A stretch of DNA of 64,000 nucleotides, taken from positions 32,001 to 96,000 of the forward strand of contig CAVPPB010000002.1 of the NCBI GenBank assembly GCA_963707215.1. The letters are read 5' to 3'. The stretch is from an uncultured Chloroflexia bacterium (GTDB lineage Bacteria; Chloroflexota; Limnocylindria; Limnocylindrales; CSP1-4). The notes under the pieces were generated by a model. That model saw only the letters and a program-made list of their open reading frames with translations, did not search any database and had not been told where the DNA came from. Of the stretch, positions 15,764 to 26,900 are shown one piece after another. The translations under genes were made by a program, and so were the position numbers. How positions within the stretch are numbered: position 1 is the stretch's first letter; every line of letters starts with the position of its first letter.

Positions 15764-16744
15764 ATGGCCGCCGGGCTCGTCGAATTGGTCCCCAACGTTT
15801 CCGAGGGTCGTCGCCTCGAGGTGATCGACCTGCTTGCCGCTGCGGTGCGGGCGCTGCCCGGTGCCCGGCTGCTCGACCGGACCAGCGACGCGTCGCACAA
15901 CCGAAGCGTCCTGACGATGGCGGGTGAAGCTCCGGCCGTGTGCGATGCGCTCGAGGAGATGGTGGCTGTCGCCCTCCGCGAGATCGACATGGAACGCCAG
16001 GAGGGTGAGCATCCCCGGATCGGCGCGGTCGACGTGATCCCGTTCGTGCCGCTCGGGGACACGACGATGGCCGAAGCGGTGGACGTCGCCCGAACCTTCG
16101 GTCAGCGCCTGGCCGAGCGGTTCGACCTGCCGGTCTACTTCTACGCCGAGGCGGCGGGCCGGTCCGACCGGGTCCGCCTCGCCGACGTCCGCCGCGGCCA
16201 GTACGAGGGCCTCAAGAGCGAGATCGCGACCCGCGGTCGCGAGCCCGACGCGGGCCCGTCGCGGATGCATCCGACCGGCGGAGCGGTCGCGGTCGGGGCC
16301 CGTCCCTTCCTCATCGCCTGGAACATCGACCTCGGGACGGACGACGTCGAGGTCGCCAAGCGGATCGCCCGGCGGGTCCGCGAGTCCGGCGGTGGCTTGC
16401 CCAGGGTCCAGGCGAGCGGCTTCTGGATCGCCGAGCGCGGCCGGGCGCAGGTGTCGATGAACCTGCTCGACGTCGGGGTCACCCCGATGTGGCTCGTCTG
16501 GGACGAGGTCGCCGACCTGGCGGCCACCGAGGGGCGTCGAGCCGGTCGCCTCCGAGCTCATCGGCCTGGCGCCCCTCCGGGCGTTCCTCGACACGGCCGA
16601 TCGCGCCGGCGCGGCCACGGACGCTCCGATCGAGGCCCGCTTCGCGGCCGCGGCCAGCTACCTCAGGCTCATGGACGCCGACCCCGGCATGGCCCTCGAG
16701 CTGCGCCTGGCCGCCGCCCCCGACGACGACGCCCCACGCGACCG

Positions 16745-16748
<4 letters not shown>
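15764..16748 (+). CDS. ftcD: Glutamate formiminotransferase (indel ~16535)
   Basis: 'VPNVSEGRR', 'DASHNRSVLT', 'GEHPRIGAVDVIPFVP', 'VRRGQYEGL', 'AQVSMNL', then 'SELIGL' in a second frame; stop overlaps the hutI start (ATGA). Confidence 0.9.
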
Positions 16749-18110
<1,362 letters not shown>

Positions 18111-18116
18111 CCCGAC

Positions 18117-18792
18117 CTAGGGCTGTCGGCCGCGCTGCTCCAGGAGGACCGTCGTCGTCTCGGACGGGAGGCCGCTGGAGGTGACCGAGAGCCGGGCCTG
18201 GGCCTGGGGCTCGGCGCCCATCTCGTGGAGGAACCGGCGGAGCGCCTCGTCGCAGGGAGCGCCCTCCGGGCAGACGGGCATCGGCACGACGATCCGCGGG
18301 TCGAGCTGGGCGACGAGCTCGGCGACCTTGGTCGCCGACATGGCGCCGCCGATCGGGACGCAGACGACGTCCACCTCACCGAGCTCCGACAGGCGCTCCT
18401 GTGGCAGCAGGTGCCCGATGTCGCCGAGGTGGATGGTGTGGATCCCGTCGAGCTCGATGCTGAAGGCCGTCTGCCGGCCGCGCTCCTCGCCGCGGCGGTC
18501 GTCGCGGAACGTCCGCACCCCGGTGATCAGGACGTGCCTGACCTCGTACTCGCCGGGTCCGTCGAGGACGAAGGCCTCGTCGAGGCTGGTCGGCAGGTAG
18601 GTCCCCCCGTCCCGCGACCGCCGGCCCTTCGGTTTGGGCCAGCGGCTCGTCGTCCGGGTGGCTGATGGTGACGACGTCCCCGGTGATGCCTCGGCCCGTC
18701 GGCCCGACGATCGCCGGATAGGGGTCGGTGACGACGACGGCGTCCTTGCCGCGGAGGCGGATGCAGGTCCGCCCGTACCAGGTCAGCTCCAT
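18117..18792 (-). CDS. MBL-fold metallo-hydrolase (Lactamase_B_3-like; indel ~18600-18640)
   Basis: 'MELTWYGRTCIRL...VVTDPY...VTISH', 'GPGEYEV', 'HLGDIGH', 'PRIVVPM'. Confidence 0.85.
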
Positions 18793-18810
18793 GGCCGGAT
18801 TCTGACAGGA

Positions 18811-18852
18811 GACGAGAAGACCGGAGGCGCCTGCCCATCGGCGCCCCCGGTC
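18811..18852 (-). terminator. Candidate intrinsic terminator on the minus strand
   Basis: 13-bp stem GACCGGGGGCGCC/GGCGCCTCCGGTC pairs fully (one G-U) only on the minus strand; followed by TTCTCGTC. Confidence 0.6.
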
Positions 18853-18888
18853 GGAGGGAGGGAGGATGGAACCGTTAGGTTCGTCCGT
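18811..18888 (-). ncRNA. Candidate ~75-nt small RNA with exposed anti-SD tract UCCUCCCUCCCUCC
   Basis: TACCGT -10-like (18899-18894), 5' hairpin GAACC-TAAC-GGTTC, C-rich linker 18866-18853, terminator hairpin. Confidence 0.45.
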
Positions 18889-19145
18889 CACGAACGGTAG
18901 GCGACCGTGGGTTCAACCACGAGCGGGCAGATGGTTAAGAAACGCACATTCGGTGTCGCGGATGGACGGCCGCCCGCCACGCATCGGCCGCGCCCTGCGT
19001 CCCGGGATGACCCGCACGGCGGCAGGACGTTCGTCCCGCATGCATCCCGCGGCCACTCATGCGAGCATCGCCCCGTGATCATCCATCGACGCCCCCGAAA
19101 CGCCTCCGGCCGCCGGGTACCGGGCTCCGGCCGCTCGACTCCGCC

Positions 19146-20427
19146 GTGTCGGCGCGCCTCCTCGCCGTCCTGTTCGCCGGCACCCTCGTGCTGGCCGCCT
19201 GCGGCTCCGGAGCCACGCCGGCTCCGGCCACCACGGCCCCCGACTCGCCGTCGCCGAGCGCCGCCGCTCCGTCGGCGCCGGCTCGACGCGACCGAGATCG
19301 AAGGCCGCTGACGGCTGAGATCGCCGAGCCAGGTCGCCGAGATCCGCGAGCTCGAGCTCCAGGAGCCGATCGAGGTCGAGGTCCTCGATGAGGCCGGGCT
19401 CGTGGCCTTCGTCGAGGCGCAGTTCGCCGAGGAGAACCCGGCCGAGTACGTCGCCGCCTACGACCGCCTGCTCACCCGCCTGGGCCTCTTCCCGGCCGAG
19501 GACGAGCTCGCCGACACCTACATCGAGCTCCTCGGCTCGCAGGTGCTGGGGCTCTACGACGACGAGACCCGCAAGCTGTACGTCGTCGCTCGCGAGGGCG
19601 GCCTCGGCGGCACCGAGAAGGTCACCCTGGCCCACGAGATCGACCACGCCCTCCAGGACCAGCACTTCACGCTTCGCACCGTCGTCCCGGAGGGCCGTGA
19701 CCAGGGCGACCAGGCGCTCGGCGCGCTCTCGCTGATCGAGGGTGACGCCACCCTGGTGATGACCATCTGGGCGAGCACGAACCTGACCCCCCAGGAGGCG
19801 CTCGAGCTCATCGAGGACGCCCAGGACCCGGAGCAGGCCGCCGTCCTGGCGGAGGCCCCGCCCATCTTGCGGGACGGGCTCGTGTTCCCCTACGAAGCGG
19901 GCCTGTCGCTGGCCCTGGGTCTTCGCTCCGACGGGGGCTGGGGCGCCGTGGACGCCGCCTACGACCGTCCCCCGGCCTCCACCGAGCAGGTGATCCACCC
20001 GGAGAAGTACGCGTCGCACGAGCAGCCCGATCGCGGTCGATCTGCCGTCCGACCTGGCGATCGGATCGGCGCCGGCTGGTCCGTGCCGCTCAGGACACCT
20101 TCGGCGAGTTCTCAGCCGCGGATCTGGCTCCAGACCGCTGGCGACCGCGAGCCCGATGTGATCGCCGGATACCACGGCCGAGGGCTGGGGCGGTGACGGA
20201 TCGGCTACCTGACGGGTCCGAACGGGGCCGAGGCGGTCGTGATGCGGACGACCTGGGACGACCCGGCCGCCGCCGACCGCTTCCAGGACGCCGCCTCGCG
20301 TGTCGTCGCCGATGTCCGCCGGACCGGCACCCGTTCCGGGTATCCGATCGCGAGATCCTCGTCATCGTGGCCAGCGATGGCGCCGTGCTCGATGCAGCGG
20401 TCGCCGCCTTCGAGTCTGCCCCTCTGA
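19146..20427 (+). CDS. Lipoprotein with HExxH zinc-metallopeptidase-like domain (several indels)
   Basis: Lipobox 'LAAC-G', Pro/Ser linker, 'LGLYDDETRKLYVV', 'TLAHEIDHALQDQHF', 'LIEGDAT', 'FPY..G', 'PPASTEQVIHPEKY'. Confidence 0.75.
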
Positions 20428-20433
20428 TCGGGG

Positions 20434-22128
20434 CTACATCACTTCGGGTGCCGAGATCCCCAGCAGGGTCAGCGATCGGGCGATGGTCAGCTGCGGGCGC
20501 CCGGAACAGCGCGAGGCGTCGCGACGATCGCTCTGGCTCATCGGGATCGACGACTCGGGCGTCACGGTAGTAGGCGTGGAAGGCCGTCGCCAGCTCGGTC
20601 GCGTAGGCCGTGATGCCGTGGGTCTCCTCGGCCGCCGCGGCGTCCTCGACGACCTCGGGGAAGCGCAGCATCTCGCGGATCAGCGCGGCCTCGGGCCCGC
20701 CGTCGAGGCCCCCGGCCATCGAGGAAGCCGGCTGGATGCCGACTTCGGCCGGCCTTGCGCACGATCGAGGCGATCCGGGCGTGGGCGTACTGGACGTAGT
20801 AGACGGGGTTCTCGTTCGACTGCTTCTTGGCCAGCTCGATGTCGAAGTCGATGCCCGATGTCGCCGCCCGTGAACCGAAGAACCAGCGGGCCGCGTCGAC
20901 CCCGACCTCGGCCAGCAGCTCGTCGAGGGTGATGAAGGTGCCGGCCCGCTTGCTCATCGAGATCTCCTCGCCGTCGCGGACGAAACGAACCCAGGCCGTC
21001 AGCAGCATCCGGACCGCTGCCTTGTCGTAGCCCATGGCCTGGGCGGCGTTGCGCACCCGAGCGACGGTCCCGTGGTGGTCGGCGCCCCAGATGTAGATCA
21101 GCTCGTCGAAACCGCGGCTGAACTTCTCGACGACGTAGCCGATGTCGGCAGCGAAGTAGGTCGGTTCGCCATTCGAGCGCAGGATCACCCGGTCCTTGTC
21201 GTCGCCGAACACGGTCGAGCGGAACCAGAGCGCGCCGTCCCGCTCGTATGTGTGGCCGCTCGCGGTCAACCGTTCGATCGCCCGCTCGACCCAGCCGTCG
21301 CGATGCAGCGAGCTCTCGCTCTTCCAGACGTCGAAGTGGACACCCAGGTGCTCGAGGCTCGCTTCGATGCCGGACCGCACGCTGCTCCGACGCCCAGACG
21401 CCGAGGATCCAGGCCGCGTCGCTCGGCTGCGGCGCCTCGTGCGCCGACGGCTCGGGCGGGATGGCCGGCGCAGGTCTGGACGTAGTCACCGTGGTAGCCG
21501 TCCTCGGGCAGCTCGGTGCCCTCGCGGATCGCGAGCACGGACAGGCCGAGGTTGCGCACCTGGGTGCCGAAGTCGTTGAAGTAGTACTCGCGGGTGACGC
21601 GATGGCCGCCGGCCTCGAGGACGCGTCCAGGAGGTCGCCGACGAACGCTCCACGAGCGTTGCCGATGTGGAGCGGGCCAGTCGGGTTGGCCGACACGAAC
21701 TCGACGTTGACGTGGCGCGGCTCGGGTCGCCGCGACCCGCCCCCAGTCATCCGGGCGGCGGAGGAGCTGATCGACCGTGCCGGCCAGCGCCCCGTCCGAG
21801 AGGCGGAGATTGACGAACCCCGGCGGGGCGACCTCGACCGAGGCGACCGGAGAGGTCGGACGCCCGCGCGGGCCACCAGGGCGTCCGCCAGGGCCTGGGC
21901 GATCTCGAGCGGGGCACGCCGGTACGGGCGGGCGAGCTTCAGGGCGAGGTTGGTGGCGAGATCGCCGTGCTCGGGGCTCGCCGGTCGCTCCACCTCGATG
22001 GGTGGCCGCTCGGTGTCAGACCCCGGATCGGGAAGGGCGCCGGCCGCGACTGCATCCCTCCAGGCGTCCTCGATCCCGACCCGGACGCGGGCACGCAGCG
22101 AGAGGATGGGCTGTCCGGCGTCGGGCAC
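20434..22128 (-). CDS. argS: Arginine--tRNA ligase (several apparent indels)
   Basis: '[10 protein letters not shown]', '[20 protein letters not shown]' (HIGH), 'FGDDKDRV', 'WGADHHG', 'MSKRAG', '[13 protein letters not shown]'; GGAG before GTG. Confidence 0.95.
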
Positions 22129-22354
22129 TCGGGTCTCCTGGGGCAGGTTCTTGCTGGTCGATCTCAGGGTGGTAGCGCCATGGTAGCGAGCGGCCGAAGG
22201 ATCCCGCGGCGTGGGCGGAACGGTGCGGCTGCGCACCACAAGGTGCGGTCCGGGACGGTGGCCCACGCTCGGTGCCCACCTGGAGGGGTCCGCTCGGGTC
22301 TGGACGCGTCCGTGACGGCGGGCGAGGATTGGAGGCCCGAGTGGAGGTGGACAC

Positions 22355-23638
<1,284 letters not shown>

Positions 23639-23734
23639 ATCCGTCGCCTGCGAGTCGGCGACCCCCGATCAGGACGGACGTACCAGGACCGTCGGTGCCC
23701 TTGCGCACCGGAATCCCCGCCGAGCAAGGGACAG

Positions 23735-23814
23735 GGTAGGGGAGGTAGGGGCGGTTCCCTACTGGTCCGGTGCGGACCTGAGCAGTACCATCCGCGGTCC
23801 GCTCGGCCTAGCAT
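23735..23814 (+). promoter_or_regulatory. Candidate operator GTAGGG-N6-CCCTAC and -10 hexamers upstream of the adhesin gene
   Basis: Inverted repeat 23745-23762, direct repeat GGTAGGGG x2, TACCAT 23786-23791 and TAGCAT 23809-23814. Confidence 0.35.
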
Positions 23815-23987
23815 CGGTCCTGCGGTACCAGTCCCGGGCATGACCCGGGTCGTGGTCGTCGGTCTCGGGGGCCGGCCATGTGATCCGTCCCCCCTGAAGG
23901 AATCGTCGGCGTCGTATGACGCTCGCACATCGTGAGGTCGGTCGAAATCGACAGACCCGGTCTCGGGGACTCGGGAGGGCAGATCGA

Positions 23988-26900
23988 ATGTCAGGCGGTC
24001 TCTGGCGCTACATGAGCGCGCGGACCCGGCGAAGCGTCGTCTTCGTCTGGAGCGCGCTCTTCGTGTTCTCGTTGGGGTTGCAGTACCTCAACCTCGCATC
24101 GCCGGCGAGCGTGCTCGCCGTGCACGACGAGGGCCTGTTCGAGCTCGATGGCGATGCCACGAACAGTGGGTCGCCCGGAGACGACTGGGACCTCGTCTAC
24201 AACGGCACTTCGAGTGCCGACGACACGTTCTTCGTCAACGATCCGGTCGATGACCAGAACGATGATTCGTTCACGGGCGGGTCCACGAAGGACGACCTGC
24301 CGATCAGCGGTTGGCTCTGGAAGGAGGCCAAGGCCAGCCAGGCGAAGAACGACATCGTCAACGCCTTCGCCGCCGCGTACACCCAGGGCGGCAACACCTA
24401 CGCCTACTTCGGCCTCACCAAGTGGGAGGCCAGCGGCGACAATTTCGTCGGCTTCTGGTTCCTGAAGAACGCCATCGGCAAGTCCGGAGCGGGTACGCCC
24501 CCCGGCTCCCCGTTCAGCGGGAACCACAGCGTCGGTGACGTCCTTGTTCTCGCCAACTACACCAACGGCGGTGCCATCGCCGACTTCGAGATCTTCGAGT
24601 GGGTCGGCTCCGGCGGTTCCGTGAACGGGACGCTGAACCTCATCGATTTGGGCGTCCCCTGCGACCTGCCCGGCGCCGACGAGGCCTGCGGAACGACCAA
24701 TGCCGACTACGAAACGGCGCCGTGGCCGTTCCAGGGCCGCAACGAGGCCGCAGGGCAGTTCCCGCCCGGCACGTTCTTCGAGGGTGGCATCAACCTGACC
24801 GCCCTGGGCCTCGACGATGCGTGCTTCACCGGCATCGTCGCCGAGACGCGCTCGTCGCAGTCGGTGGACGCCACCCTGTCCGACTTCGCGCTCGGCAACT
24901 TCAACACCTGTCAGCCGCCGACCATCGAGACCCAGGTCATCGACGATCAGGGTGCCTCGCTCGGCTCGCTCGGCACGATCAACGTCGGCGAGACGGTCTC
25001 CGATCGGGTCACCGTCGGCGGCCCGCTGGGGCTGGCCAGTGGCACGGTCGACTTCTTCCTCTGCGGCCCCGCCCAGAGCGTGCCTGACTGTTCGACCGGA
25101 GGCACGGCGGCCGGCTCGAGCGTTCTCGCTGGCGGGCAGGGTGTCTCCAGCCCGTTCACGGCCGACTCGCCCTCCGATGTCGGGTTCTACTGCTACCGCG
25201 CCGAGTACACGCCGGCGCAGGGCAGCAAGTACCTCGCCGGGTCCCACACCAACCAGACCACCGAGTGCTTCCAGGTCATCCCGGCCCAGGTCACGATCCT
25301 CAAGACCGCCGGGTCAAGCCCGGTGAACGCCGGTGACGACATCAGCTTCACGCTCTCGTGGGGCAACAGCGGCCCGGGAACCGCGACAGGCGTCGTCGTC
25401 ACCGACACGCTGCCGACGACCGGCGGCCTGGACTGGACGATCGACGGCTTCACCGGCACCGGCAGCACCTGCTCGATCGTCGACAACGTCCTGAGCTGCA
25501 ACGTCGGGACGATCCCCGGCAACACCGCGGAGAGCGGGACGGTCACGGTCTCCTCCGCCACCAGCCCCGATGCCTGCGGGATCGTCGACAACACCGGCGA
25601 GATCACCTCCCTGAACGACGGCACCGCCCAGTCCAGTGCGCAGATCACCGTCAACTGCCCGGACGTGACGGTCACCAAGACCGCCGAGACGACGCCGGTC
25701 AACGCCGGTGACGAGATCGCCTTCGCCATCGAGGTCGAGAACCTCGGCCCGGGCGTCGCCTACGGGGTGACCCTCAGCGACACGCTCCCGGGTGGCTTCA
25801 CCTGGAGCGAGGACAGCGACGACTGCGAGATCGCGGCCGGCGTCCTGTCCTGCGACTTCGGCGACCTTGCCGCCGGTGAGACGCGGACGGTCACCGTCAG
25901 CGCCTCCACCGACGCCGAGGACTGCGCGACGATCCCGAACACGGCGACCGTCGCCGCCACCAACGAGCCGAGCTCGGCTACCGGCAACAACAGCGACAAC
26001 GACGCCATCGTCGTGAACTGCCCGGACGTCACGGTCACCAAGACCGCCGACGAGGGCCCGTTCAGCGCCGGTGACGAGATCGGCTTCACGGTCACCATCA
26101 GCAACATCGGCGCGGGCACGGCGTACACCGCGTTCGCCGCTGACCCGCTGCCCGGCAGCGGCTGGAGCATCGAGTCCCAGGACGGCGGCTGGACCCTCGT
26201 CGGGGACATGCTCGAATTCGGCCCGCAGGATCTCATCGCGGGCGCCAGCTCGTCGGTCCACGTCGTTCGCGACACGACCGCCGAGGACTGTGGCCTCGTC
26301 GAGAACACCGTCCAGGTCACCGCCGGCAACGAGCCGGTGGCTGCCCAGGGCAACAACAGCGCCAACGACTCGCTCACCGTCAACTGCCCGGACGTGACGG
26401 TCACCAAGACCGCCGAGACGACGCCGGTCAACGCCGGTGACGAGATCGCCTTCGCCATCGAGGTCGAGAACCTCGGCCCGGGCGTCGCCTACGGGGTGAC
26501 CCTCAGCGACACGCTCCCGGGTGGCTTCACCTGGAGCGAGGACAGCGACGACTGCGAGATCGCGGCCGGCGTCCTGTCCTGCGACTTCGGCGACCTTGCC
26601 GCCGGTGAGACGCGGACGGTCACCGTCAGCGCCTCCACCGACGCCGAGGACTGCGCGACGATCCCGAACACGGCGACCGTCGCCGCCACCAACGAGCCGA
26701 GCTCGGCTACCGGCAACAACAGCGACAACGACGCCATCGTCGTGAACTGCCCGGACGTCACGGTCACCAAGACCGCCGACGAGGGCCCGTTCAGCGCCGG
26801 TGACGAGATCGGCTTCACGGTCACCATCAGCAACATCGGCGCGGGCACGGCGTACACCGCGTTCGCCGCTGACCCGCTGCCCGGCAGCGGCTGGAGCATC

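Noticed and set aside
18906-18921. CGTGG-GTTCAA-CCACG T-loop-like hairpin suggesting a tRNA-like RNA
   Set aside because: No acceptor, D or anticodon arms around it.
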